DNA of 64,000 bases from Stylophora pistillata. Taxonomy: Eukaryota. The notes beneath the pieces are model-generated. The model was not told the DNA's origin, ran no database searches, and worked only from the letters and a program-made list of their open reading frames with translations. The stretch spans positions 226,093 through 290,092 of the forward strand of contig NW_019218190.1 of the NCBI RefSeq assembly GCF_002571385.2, in the 5' to 3' direction. The translations under genes and the position numbers were made by a program. Below are positions 50,008 to 63,515 of this stretch, in pieces; within the stretch, counting starts at the first letter, position 1, and every line of letters starts with the position of its first letter.

Positions 50008-51793
50008 TTGTTCTCTACCTCTTGTACTGATAGGTGACTTCGTTAAGCTAGACTGGGTAACTTACCTAAGCTAAAGTGATAGGAATTATTTTTGCTTATG
50101 TGATCAGTTCAGGTCCATTTATTCATGTATGACCCTGATTCTATAAGAAATCGCGTAAAGCAACGTTTGGATATACTACCACTCAATAAACTTGTAAAAC
50201 TTCAAAACCAACTGAAGATTCATCCTCAAGTCAACTCAAAAAAGAATCAGCTTTCATTTACTCGAAATAAATCTAAGTATTAGTAACGATAGCTGACCTG
50301 TGGCTCTAGTTGTCTCAACACCGTTATCAACTTGTATACACTGGAAGCTAAAAATATCGTTTGATTTAGAAGTCAAATCATGTGGAAACATTCAGCCTGT
50401 TTATCGGTAAGGTAAATTTCTCATGATATCAGACTTCTCCATTAGCCTTGAGTTCAAATATCGATTAAATAGCCACAGAAGATCAGGTATCTTAATTATT
50501 CAAACCGTCAAAGAATTAAATATTATAGGTATGTGGGTTTATAGTCTACAACTTCCCTTTTCTTTCGGGGAAATACTGCGTGACATATTATTCACACTTA
50601 AATTAAGTGATCTACTTACGGTCGTTCGACTCCCGTCGTCACAGGGTTAAATGATAATTCTAGATATCTCATTTTGGTGTCATTGCACTTGATCGCTTGG
50701 TTTGGTGAAAAAGATCAAGTCTTCTTCATAGGGAAGGTACTCTCCACCTGTTTCATAAGATTTTTTTTTTAGGTTATAAACTTGTAGTGCACTTTCCGAA
50801 ACATCACAGACTAAGAGGGTTAAGAGTTTTATAATTACCTTCGCAAGTTTTTCCATGAAATAGCCTTATACATTTCAGATTTATTGGACACAATATGAGA
50901 TTTCAATATCTAAGATTTCAAGCTTTTGCAAAGTTTTAGTGACTAGAATCAGTGACTCCACGGTTGTCTGTGATAAGCGCGAGAGTTAAAATGTGGTCGG
51001 TCGAGGTTACGATAAGCCATCGGTCGTTAGTTTAAGAGGGTTTAGGCAAAAAGTTACGCTGTTACTGGCGCTTACTTTTTTCCTTAAATGTTTATATCAA
51101 AGGAATTGATTTTAAATTTGGAATATATAGAAGAAGCTCCGAATGGAAAACGATAGCAGCTAACAGACACGGATTATTGGAGTCAGACACTGTTATTCAA
51201 TGGAAACCGGAAGTGTCGTGAACCTGTCCTCTGATTTGCATCCATCCGATATACCAAGATCTTCTTTAGCAAGCCAAATTTTAGGGACTCTGTACAACAA
51301 TTTTCCAAAATAAACTGTTGCCAACAACTTTTTCTTTAACATTACGATCATTTCATCCACATTATAGCCTGTTTCTTTACATGAATTCGCAAGAAATCAT
51401 CAACCGATTCTTCTTGAATATATTCACTTTTGAAAGAAAAACTTTCTTTATTTCCATCAAAGCCTCTTTTTACCCTGGAGTATAAATAGGTATCATAAAA
51501 CTCTCAGGGACCGGTTTTTTCAATGTCCTGGGTGGTTTTCTGCGATAGACTTGCAACATGTCCACAAGGAGCACCAATACTCCAATTCACTCCACGCTTT
51601 AGCAACCGCAAGAACCTCCAGCAGTAATTTAAGCGAGTATACGATCGTGTGATGGCTTATCTTGAATAATAAGCCTCAACAACCCTAGGTGGATCCAATA
51701 AAGCTGATTTCTATTAATTCCGTTTTACTTGCAGGAAATATTTGAACTGGCCAAGAGATTCAAAGCTATAAGAATCTCTACTGTTTCTCAAAG

Positions 51794-53866
51794 ATGGCAT
51801 TCTTGCGATTCAATAATAAATTACTCTTCTTCATAGTTCAAGTTATTATAATACACTTACTTCCAAAACACATGTCTCGAGCAGCAGTTACCAATAACTG
51901 TACAAGTGCTGTCTATCCAACAGATGCCTGTAACAAAATCACCTACGAACAGGTCTACAACATCTTGGCAAAGTCAGAAAACAGTTTCAACATTGAGTCA
52001 GCTCTTTATCCAGCCAAGAGACCCTCTTCAGCCAAGAGACCCTCTTCAGTTCGTGTGTTTGTAAATGTCTATGGTCCCAACAAAACGGAAAATTCAACTC
52101 CTGCTGCTAAATACACGTGGAGTATTTCTTGCCTGTATGCTGCTGTCCCTGCCAAAGTCCTTCAATTTTGGTCTTTATGGTCAATCATGGTGACCACACG
52201 AACTCAGGAGCTTAACATAACAATTTCACTTTCCTGCTGTGATGTGACGAAAGGGAAACTAAAACAGTACATCGAGGATGCTCTAGCTGCTGTAAGTACT
52301 TTGACTAACTTAAATCAGGTATCAGAATAGCAATAAAGTATCAAATGAACAGGGAAAACCAATCAGGAAAAACACTCTACTCTAATCATATATTAAACAT
52401 CTAATTATCATGGACACTTTTTCTAGTCAGAAAAGAATCAATAGTCGAGTTCTTACTTCAGTTACTCTAACCTCGTCTATAAATCTATAAGGACTGAAAC
52501 TTGATTTGTTTGATTTTGAACCACCTTCCAACCTCTCTGTCCTATCCTCGTATAAGTTTGTTTATTCACCTTTTTGTTTCAATCCCTCCCACAAACTAGA
52601 GGTTACTGAACAAGTGAGTTCAAATATCAAAAATTGAAGGAATGTAAAATAAAACTGTCCTTGAAGACCTTGAACAGAAACGTGATGATTCTCTCAAGTG
52701 GAGATGAAATTGTTTTTCCTTTTCCATCCGAGTTATTTGGCAAGCTGTCAAGAGTCAGATAATCCATTTCTTTTCCCTGAGACTCGTGGCTTATTCGGGA
52801 GAGTTGGCATATATGTTGGACAATTGCACCCCGTTATTACGACCAAGAATCCATGACCTCAGTGGTACCACCCTATCCAACAGGATTTCGCTGTTCTGTG
52901 TCTAAATATTTTCCCAAATTTTGTAATAACCCATAAGTCATTTTTTGCTGATTCGTTTACAATTATCTTGTTCGACTTATGTTAGTTCTGTCTTCTGTTT
53001 CAAAGGTTCAAGATTTGGCTGTCCTTCCAGGATTACGAGACCCACAACTGAATTCAGCTGAGTGTATCATAGAGGGACATCAACCAAATATTTCTTCTAC
53101 TACAGAACACAGTTGGCGATTAATGTCAATTTTAGTCCTCTCCTTTTTCTTTTCAACACTGTTTGGGCCATTGTTAGCCTTTTATGTAACGCAAATACGG
53201 GACGAACTGTCACTGATTAAGAAAAATACTATAGATTTCCTGTGTGGGTTTTTGTTGCTAATATTCGGTGGTTTACTTATAGCAATGCTTTGCCGTGAAA
53301 GGGAAGTTGTTCATCCTTTTATTGAGGCAATACAACTGGTTACGATAGTAGTTGGGATTTTAGTCTTTTCAGTAGCGTATTGTAAATGTAAGGGGGAAAC
53401 GAACAACCAGTCTGTAAAGAAGAAGTCATGTGTTTTCATCATTTGTGCAAATTTAGCAGCTTACCATTTTTGCTGGCTCTTGGTGGGTATAATGCTGAAT
53501 CCTATCTGGGGTCTTGTTGTTCTGCTCTTAGTTTGCCTTGTTATTGGTGTTTCCACTTTTGCATTTCATACTTTCCTGTCTTCAACTACTTCTGACAAAT
53601 GTCAGCCATTCTCCTCGTGTTTTGCTGGGTTCCTGGCTGTCTGCTGTCTTATTGTGGTGGTGATTTTTGCTGGGCAGTCCTACAGTGGGAGAGAAACTGC
53701 TGATGAATCTTTGAAAGAAGCAGTGATGTATTTAATCTCCATATTCTTTTCATGGCTTTATTGGAAGAAGTGGGTTAAAAAAAGTGACGAATGTGGTGAC
53801 AGTGCAAGTAGGTCAGATCAGGCTATTCTTTCACAAAACGGTCAGGCTTCAGAACATCAGGTGTAA
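51794..53866 (+). CDS. Orphan 7TM receptor-like protein, copy 11 (clade C); exons 51794-52291 and 53006-53866; 452 aa
   Basis: Donor GCT|gtaagt at 52291, acceptor ttcaaag|GTTCAAGAT at 53005/53006. In-frame AKRPSS duplication. Ends SEHQV*. Confidence 0.85.
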
Positions 53867-54853
53867 ATGGAATACTTATGAGCTAAAATTGATGAACTTT
53901 ATCCAACACTTTAATTCAGCCTCTTAATCTGGAAAAAAAATAATTGTTGGAGAAACTAAAGAATGTCTGCCAACAACAGAAATGCCCTAGAACATCACTT
54001 TTCCAGTGACAAGATGAAAAATTACATTTTTTCAACATATTTTTTTTTTTTCTATGCATGGTGCTTCATTTATTTCACTGCAAAACTGAATACTATGGTA
54101 TATGTAACCGAAGGAAAATGTTACCTTGACTCCAAACCTGTGAGTAATAATTGTCCCTTCAGTAACTGGTCACTTTCTGGTAACTCAGTAGAGAGTATTT
54201 TTGTAAGTGCTGGTTAATGTATTGATTTTGTAAGGAGAAGTTTTTACTAAATTGCAAATTTGATATGCTGTATAAAAGTTCAAGCTAATGCTTTCATGAA
54301 ATCAGATTTTATTGAAGGAAGCACAACATTGTCTATCAATATTATATAATTTCAATAACTATCTTGTACTACAACAGGTTTGGACTTGTTTACATCTACA
54401 CTGTTTAACTATAGTTTAGGATGCATTATAATGTAAATTCATTATCTGGAAAAATCTTTGAAACTGTATAAAAAAAAAACTGGAATGTAGACTAACACTA
54501 AATTGTACATGTAAACAGTGCTTTTATTCAGATTTGAAGCTACAAAAGGGGGCTGTCCTACTGCCTTAGGAAGCTAAAATTGTACTGGTTTGAAAGTGGA
54601 AAAAGTTCTTAATATATGATGGTCTGTATTGCAATACAAACTCTGTCAATGATTGTTTCAGATATTTTGCTACACAAGAGCTCTGACAGGCACCAAGTCT
54701 TTTTTGAAGCACTGCTAAAGAAAAAGACCTTAGGTTGTACCAGCTTTACATGTAAGTGCCCTACCTTGTATACAATGTATTAATTATTCTAGAAGCAGTG
54801 TGATAACAACAAAATAAATTTCATAAATACATTCAGACTTCTCAAAATATTTT

Positions 54854-56869
54854 CTAGTAACCCTCATTGGAGAAGGTTATGCTTTCATAGTCTGGGTAAG
54901 CTTTTTTAAGTTTCTTGACTGTGATGGAGTGATCAGCTCTACCAAACCCCTGAAAATAAAATAAACATGTTTCAGAAAGTCGGTCATAACAGTGAAGAAA
55001 ATAATTAATCAGTAATAAATATTTAATAACCAACAGAACAAAATGCGATGGCCAGAAGGTCAGTGCATCGAGGGGACTGGGTTTAAACCTTCCCCAAGTC
55101 ATAGTTTATTGCCACTTAGCAGCCCTGCAGACAAGATGTTGCAAACAACTGGACGCAGCCAGTTGAATGGCTTCCTCAACCAGCATGCCATTTTCTTAGC
55201 TGCAACCCTGAATACTCTTAGTCACTTTATATATGCTTTAACCCTTTACATGCTAACATCAGTATGCATATTCTCCATACTGTTCTCTATACATTTTGTA
55301 AGCTGCTGACAAGGAGAATTTGTCTAACAATCACAAGTTTCTTTAGTTGATGATCATTTCCTTTATTCTCCTGACCTTTATGTGTGATTCATGGGTGATG
55401 TTGTGAGGAGAAATAAGATGCTGGTCACTTTTAGGAGTCAAAGGGTTTAACAACCAAATATTCTAGTTGTGCGGACCCAAGGAGTTGGCTCCAGAGCAAA
55501 CTTTACCCCATTTTACACTCACAACATAAGACCCAGACGGTTTTCAGGAGAACCAAAAGAACACAAGGAAACATGCACAAACAGACACACCTGAAAAGAT
55601 CAAAATTATTTCAACAATCCACCTTTGTCTAAAAAGTACTGTACGACAATAGGAGCTGGTGATCTCTAAGATAGAGGGATTTAATGAATGACTAACAGTA
55701 AAATGTATGATTGGTCCAGAACTGATATGGCACATGTATTAATATTTGGTTCTGCCATGTGAGCAATCAGGCCCAGTCCATTAGCCCTTAAACCTAAGGT
55801 TAAATATAGAACTAGCTCTTTTTATTCGTTTGTTCAAAAGCCTTTACAAGATAATTAATATTTCTCTATTATTTTTAGAGCATCCAAGAATCAACTTCTA
55901 GACAAAAAAGAATTCTATTAAATTTTCTCTTAAAGCTTTCAGATTTTAAATCAGATTTCATTCTAACCCTGGGTCACCTTGAACCCAGCTTTGAACAACC
56001 CTGCCCTTAGTCTATACAACATCCTCAGATTAAACTCTGGGTTGTTTACAACATGATTTAACTATCCAAGGGTTACTGCAAGTACAATTTTTCAATTTAT
56101 CTCTAGGCTGTGAAAAAATTTTTATAGTTGACATTTTTCTTTAAGTTTGGCCTTACACTGCGATATCACCTCTCGACAGTTTGAAAATAACTGAACATCT
56201 GAATCTTGAAGATTACACCTACCATAGAATAGCCATACACAAGGATTTTTTTGTCAAGTCTGTCATGTTGTATTCTGCCTCCACCTAAACATTCAGTTTT
56301 CATGCTCATCTCTCCAATTTCCTTCTCAACTTTTTCATAAATATCAGCTAAAAGACGAAATTATCAAAAAATTCAATAATACAACACGGCTGTACATACT
56401 GTGGTCAGTGCCTCACTAACGACAACTGACAGAAAAATGGACAAAATAAGCAACAACATGTAGAGTGAACATCACTTCGCATGAAACTCGCGTGTACCAT
56501 AGGCTTGAAATAAGCAAATTCAACAAAAAAATAATATAAGCCAGTGAATAGCGTCAGTTTGAGATAGAGTGTAGTGAGCTAATGGCCTGTGATATCTGGT
56601 ACAATCCCTACCACCTGTCCACGATCAAGCGGTGGCATTCGTTACCTTTCATTGACTGTCACGAGGAACGAGTTACGATATGAAACAAGTGATGATCTGT
56701 CAACAAGCTTACCATGGTAACATGCCCAATCCGATCCTCTGACTATGCACTTGTAAGCATTCTCATTTGAAGGATCTACTACTTTGATAAGAACGTATTT
56801 AAATTTTCCATCGGCATCAATATCGACATCAGGCACACTTAATAATTTTGACGAGTTTCCTTTCGCCAT
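54854..56869 (-). CDS. PHPT1: 14 kDa phosphohistidine phosphatase (Janus/ocnus family); exons 56869-56713, 56347-56223, 54949-54854; 125 aa
   Basis: Spliced product has [20 protein letters not shown]...[28 protein letters not shown] and AYPDY. All junctions are GT-AG and in phase. His52 corresponds to catalytic His53 of human PHPT1. Confidence 0.96.
55242..55445. mobile_element. TTAA-flanked MITE in PHPT1 intron 2
   Basis: ttaa|CCCTTTAC...TCAAAGGG|tttaa, piggyBac-like ends. Confidence 0.6.
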
Positions 56870-57799
56870 GTTGACTGTACTAATTCATGAGAGACTCGGG
56901 GAAACTTTGGTTCCAGGCTCTCCGGAGTTCGCCTCGGTCTTCCTCGCAAACAAAACTCTACTCTCCCTTCCCCTCCTGTTACACTACTTCTTCTTCAAGA
57001 AAATCTAAAAACTTACTAAATACCAAAGGAAATAGACATGTAAAAAGCAATGAGGGAAAGACCAACGGGTTTTTGACAAGGGAGGGGGTGGGGGGTTGGT
57101 TTATAAAAAATGAAAAAATTCACTGAGGTTGCAAAGCCAAACAACTTCAAAATGACAACATTTGTACACTGAACTATTTACTTTTATTCACACATAATTT
57201 TTCTTCTCTTTTCCCTTTTACTCAAGTGTGTCTTGAGAGTTTCTTTGTAAACCCTAAAAGAGCCAATCGTAAAGTTTCCCACCACTCGCATTTATATTTG
57301 GGGAAAAAAAACCACTCAATGAAATGAAAAATTTCAAAACCTGCATCAGAAACACTAATAAGAGCCCTGCAAGTGTCCACTTGGTTTGACACGTTTTACT
57401 GGTTTTAATGCATTAAAAAAAAGCTGTAATCAAATCAACTAGATACACAATCATCTACATCAATTTGTTTGGTATCATTGATCAGTCTTCCAATCAAATT
57501 TTTCTTACAACAGACAAACAACAACCATTCATGATGAAACAGACATGGTTTCATTTCTCAACATAACTGAGAGTTCGACAGCAACAGGCAGTTTTTTTCA
57601 TGAATAAAAGTCATATACATTTTTCATTTACACCTAACTTGTTAAGGGGGCAACTCTGAGGACTTGGATGCAACTAGGTTGTTTTAGCTTGTACATACAG
57701 ATCAAAAATTAAGAAATCAGGATCTATACATAAGTGCATCATGTAAAGAATATGACAAGGCTTCATCCTACATCTAAATTTCATCCCTTAAAATTGAGT

Positions 57800-60700
57800 C
57801 TATTCCCACAGTGTTGACACCACTGACTGCATGTCATGTTGGGAAGACATTTTTCCTCCATCAGCATCTTGCAGTGTTCCCTGGGAAATCTTCCTCAAAA
57901 ATGGAAGGTGAATGTTTTCAGCATGAAAGGTTTGTTCTTGTTCACTGGTAAATGAACCATCAACTATTTGGAGTGCATCATCAACCAAGTCAAGAACCAA
58001 AGATTCCATGAAACAGTGAATGTGCACATCAGAATGCCCCTCAAATGTCCAACTGTGTCTCTTCATCATCTGCAATGAAACGGGAGCATGTTCAGTAATC
58101 CTTGTGTCTGAGTGGATCCACTTCTGGAAAGCAGTCCATGTCCGTCTACGCTGCTCTTGAGCATTCTCATCTCTCACTTGCAGTAAAGCTGCAGAATTTA
58201 GTCCTTGAGCATACAACAACACTTGTAGCCCTTTGGATGTACTAACAACCTCTACCTTGGAAGTTGGAGGTATTTGACCTTTCTTGAGACTGAGATGGCA
58301 ACCCACCCATCCCTTCTGTGTTTCTGCCATAACTTCATTTCCTGTTGTCATGGAAACTGCAGATAATTTTCCATTCACATTTGTTACAATGTACTCACTT
58401 CCTGTGGCATCTACAGCATGAGAGATTCCAAAGGAGCAGATACTTCTAGAGAGGCATTTTGCGTAATCACCCTTGGCAAGGGCAATGTGCATGTAATTCT
58501 TACTCACAGAAACTGTTGGTTCAAGATTGATGATAACTAGAGAGACATGGGCTTCTTTTGGTTCTGCTGCTGGAAACAAAAGCATGAACACAAGTTTGGT
58601 ACCTGCAAAGTTTTTTTTGCATGAGATGAACTTTGAACTAGGAATGTGTAAAGGCTTGTAAACTTTGGTGACATAAGATGCTAATTGTCCTGATGTGCGA
58701 TAGTAAGTGACATGGTGAAAAGTTGATCCTGATTCAGGAACATTCTGTGGTACAAATATTTTTGTAACCTTGTTATCCATTTCTTGAGTCTGCCAAGGCT
58801 TTTCCAGATGAAGAGAATTTATGTACCTCTGTGCCTTTTTACGATTTTGAACCATTTCCTGCCTGAAAAAAATTAAAAATAAGTAAAAAGGGTCATGCTG
58901 AAAATTTGAATGAAAATAACCAAAATTTCCTGATACCAACAATAATAGGGCAATGAATATTTCATTATTTTTCAGTAATCCATGGTGTATTTTTTTCATT
59001 TTCACCCAGCCCCCCTCCCAACTTTCCAATAAGAAAAACATGAAAGGCATTGGTAACAGAGCACATCATCATCCTCCCCCTCCCCCTCCTCTCCTCTGTG
59101 AAGAAAAGTGACTATCCCCAACAATGACTGTGTTACAGGGAATCACTATAATGTAGTCAATATCCAACATTTAAAAGTGGTATCCATTGGAGAATCCAAC
59201 CACTCCCTTGTACTTTTTGGTATAGATACATGCCTGACAAGTGTCTATACCATAAAATAATTGTGACAGATGGTGATTCCATGGAGATGCCCTGCCCCAA
59301 GTTGCTTAAAGGGTAGATATGCCTTTCACTGAATAAATCTCTATCAGGTGGATGGCACTGTATATCATTAAAAATTGTCTACCCGATAGCCATTCCTCAG
59401 TTGGATAGTGTTATGACTGCCCTTTGAACAAGCCATCATAAAGTAATAGCTTTATCTTCAGTCAGGAGACATATTTACCTCAAACGATTTTGTTTGTGCT
59501 TTGGACCTTTCACTTCATCTGTGAACTCCACTTTCTCCTTTGTTCCAATAACAGGCTCATATGTCATCTCCACCATGTTCAGTCTGTACTTAATGCTGGG
59601 AACAAACCAGCCAAATCCAGTTAAGCATTCACTGGAATACTCCCACATGTTGATAAATCCTTCTTCATCAACAGTTACCATAGGTGAAATATTGTTCACA
59701 AATGCTATTAGTACAATCTTGTGACGGTGTTCTTTAAAAAGTTCAGCCTCGACATCTTTACCAATCTTGTGTGTTATACCACTGGCTGGATGAACCTGCG
59801 GAAAGGACATAACTGACACCATTTTGTTGTATCTGAGCCTCAAAATGTTCCCATGACTACATCCTACCATAAAAAATGCTTGCCTTCCCAGAAGTGTTGC
59901 TGAGGGATGAAAAGCTACTGCCGTTACTGCACTTGGTAAATCTCTGGAATCTGAAAATGGTCCTTTTGTGAACAGAAAGTCTCTAGGTTCAAGAGTCAAC
60001 AATGGAATAAGAGCAGTAGGTTTAAAACCAAGATTAACCTCCACAGGCTCAAATGTTTTCACATCTTAAGGTATGGATGGTGTGTTGCCTAGTGACCATA
60101 GTGTGATGGCACCATACACATTCAGACTAACTATTTGTGAAGAGTCCAAACTCCAGTGAAGTTGAACAACAGCGGAATTATTATCACGGCTGGTCCTCAA
60201 TATACGTGGTGGAAAGGTAGCTAAATCCCAGATTGGAATGTCTCCTTGAACTGTTCCCAGAGCGATAAGGCTGTTATCAGGAGACAATGAAGTGCAAGAG
60301 ATGCCCCTATATCGTCTTGGTAATGGCAGAGTGTACAGATCAACAGTGTTTCCCATCCAAAACTCTGATTCTGTGTTATGAAAGTCAACTTGCTCTGGAG
60401 GGAGATTAGCATCAGGTAAGTCACTAAAAGGTGTGATGTCATGAAAATGCAGCACAGTTCCATCAAAAGTGTCTTCCTCTTCATCAACTATTACACAATT
60501 ATCTTGTTCATTCTGATTTCTGTGAAATGTTTGACCATGAGACCAAACATCTATTTTCTTCAGGGCTTCCTTTTTGAACTGGGACAAAGAGTTGTTCAGT
60601 AGGGAAATCTTTCTCTGATCACCTGATTCAGAATGAGGATCAAAAGAATCCAATATAATTCTATCTAACATGGTCCTAGTTTGAGCCTCAAAATCCATCA

Positions 60701-61262
60701 ATTCAGCAGCTGTTTCCTTGGCAACCTGGTAAATGACATCTGTCAAAATGCTCTCTTCAATGTCAAGGCTCATTTGAAGAATTTCATCATGTTTCCTTTC
60801 AATATCAAGTTTTTCAAAAAATCTTTCAGCAATAGCTGCTGCACCATATTCAGATTTTACTCTTGGGCGTTCTCGGAGTATAAAATCTAAAACCTCATCA
60901 ATCCATGATCGTACAAACTCACGAACGAAATAAAAATCTTCCAACTGCCAAGGTTCGTACGTACCGATTCCCATTTCTCCATGGTAAGGTTTCCTCAGTA
61001 AATCCGTTCTCGCTATGTTTTCCTTTCTAAGCGTTTGAACGTTTCTTTCAAACTCTGGAATTCTATTTTTCGTTTTCTCAATTTGTAAACTCAATCTAGA
61101 CGAAGATGTTGAGCTGTTTCTGGCAGAGTTCGTAACTCTTCCACCAACTTCACTCTTTAGAGAAAGAAGTCTCTCCCTTTCGCGTAGAATTTCTTCACGC
61201 TGTCTTTCAAGTTCAATTTTTCTTGCCAAGTGAGATTCTTTCCTTTGCTCAGCCTCATCCAT
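57800..61262 (-). CDS. Uncharacterised coiled-coil + WD40-repeat protein; exons 61262-59479 and 58862-57800; one in-frame TAA at 60066-60068
   Basis: WD-like repeats (ISCTSLSPDNSLIALGTVQGDIPIWD, VVQLHWSLDSSQIVS...ITLWS, VTVDEEGFINMWE). Phase-2 intron AG|gtaaat...ttcag|G. The ORFs on either side of the stop share a frame. An acceptor 3 nt before the ATG suggests an upstream exon. Confidence 0.75.
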
Positions 61263-63338
61263 CTTCTGAAAAGTGAATCCACCTCAAAGAAAAGAAACGG
61301 GACAACTTTATCTACTTGACTGCCATATTGTTAGATCCCAGACCCCGACAACGAGGGTGGATATCGCGTGTAACCTCGCTCACTTGTAATCGTGTTTCTC
61401 TTCGAGGCGAATCGTCTTGCATCGTGGGAGGGGAGGGGGGGGAAGGGGCAGTGAAATCTTTTGAGAATAATAATTTTTGGCAGCATCCAGGTGAAAGTAG
61501 TCCTGAAAAACATTGTGGTTGGTACTGGTGATTGAAACTTGGGACCGTCATTATCTCAGCCTCGACCCTGATGGTGACTTTGGCTAAAATAACGTTGTCG
61601 ACGTTGTTGGACTCCTCTTACCCGGATGATCAGACCACGCGATGAAACATATCGATCTTGTGGTTAGACATTGCTAAGGAAAAGGGGAGGGGAGGGGTTA
61701 ATCCACTAAGAACTTATATAACAGAAAACTTAGCAGAAATTTCATTAATGAAAAAACATTGCACCATCAAAATTACTTGAAAAGAAAAGTCTGACATGGC
61801 TAACTTCCAGTTGATGTTTTAATTTTTCATTATGTTTGTAAACACAAGTAAGCAAGCTTAAGTACTTAGTTACTTACAAGTAAATACTACAAGTATTCTT
61901 CATAGCAACATTACCTACAAAGGCGAGGTTTATGGGCATAGTATGTAAGTCCCACTTCTTATCATATTGGCGGCTACAAATTAAATGAAAGTAAATGGAA
62001 CGGGCAGTAATTTATATTTGTCTGGTACAACTACCACACAGATTATATCCATAAAAAAAAATTAGAGTAAGTAAAAAAAACTCGGCCGTCTTTCAGTGAA
62101 AAAAGGTTCAGAAAATCTTAACTGACAAAAATCAACTCAGCACCATTATCACAGAACTTCGAGGGGTAATGTCAACTCTGTAAATAAAGCCTCTGCAAAA
62201 CAGTGATTACTGCGCTACTGACTCAAGTTGGGCCTGGACTTGGATATCTCTACCGAATGAAAGGGAAAAATGCTGAGAAAAATGAACTTTACCAAATGAC
62301 TTCGATGGTGAACTGTGATGAATAACTGGATGGTTAATTGAAAACTAATCCTATAAAATCATATATATGTATATACCAAAGATACATTGCTATCTTGCAA
62401 AATATTTCTACACAATTATATACCTATACAATAACATACTTCTCTTTAAGGTCTTCAAGCAGATCATTAAATATACCAATCATTTACATTCATGAAAAGC
62501 TCACTAGAAAAATACATCTGTTACTGGTTGAAGAAAAATATTGAGTTTTAGGATCAATTTGAAAAAGTACAAAAGACCCTTAAGTTATAAGGGAACCAAC
62601 GTCTTCGCAACTATCCCTGAATTCCTTAATTGGTTACACAAAAAAGCATCAACACTTTTTTAAGCAAACAGGAGGTAGTGATCAACAGTACCGTCACAGA
62701 ACATCACTCAAATTGCCCTGTACATCCACCCATTGCTTCCCTTGAAATCACATGTATTTGATACAGTACTATTAAGCTTTCAAAAAGCTCAATTCTGAAC
62801 ATCATGGTTCCTATAAGAAAACACTAATTTGAATCAAAGACCTAAACTGCAGTAAGAATCAAGTTGGATGGGTGAATTTCAAGAGGATTTTTTGTTTGAA
62901 ATGAGGAATAAAGGTCAACAAATTTCCATTTCTCAAAGGAAAATTTAGATGTTTAAATTTAATTTTTAAACAGCAAACCTGCCCCCAAATGCTTAGCTCA
63001 TCAATTGACATGAAGTGAATTACTGCAACCTCAAGCGAACATTGAGCCATCATTGTATAAATGAATTTAAAGCAAGTAGTTATTGTACATGTGGAATTTA
63101 ATCTCACAGTCATGGTAAGGTTTCCATTTGCACCAAGCTAACATCTAATGTACATCATAACTGAATTACTATCAGTATACATTTAGTAATTTATAAATAG
63201 TATAATCAAAATATAGCATATTCTACAAAACTACACAATCTTAATTATCAACAATGGTTTTACATTATTTTGTAACTAAGACTATGCATACATTACGCTG
63301 CTATAGCCTCAATAATAAATATTATATTTTTAATGTTA

Positions 63339-63515
63339 CAAGGCTCAACACTAACGGTGGTCAACTAGCTACAGACTAGTAGAAATTCAGTTTTAGCTGG
63401 TGGTTTTTTTATTTCCATTAGCCAGTTTGGCTAGTAAACAAACTGAAATTGTTGTAACATCTAAGTTGTCACTAGCCACTTGACTGGTAAGTTGAAAAGT
63501 TAGTGTCGAGCCCTG
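63339..63515. mobile_element. MITE
   Basis: TIRs CAAGGCTCAACACTAAC / GTTAGTGTCGAGCCCTG. Confidence 0.65.

Noticed and set aside
61555-61650. Third hammerhead-like/Penelope-derived repeat
   Set aside because: Starts CTGATGGTGAC, but the GAAA box and stems are too decayed to support a call.
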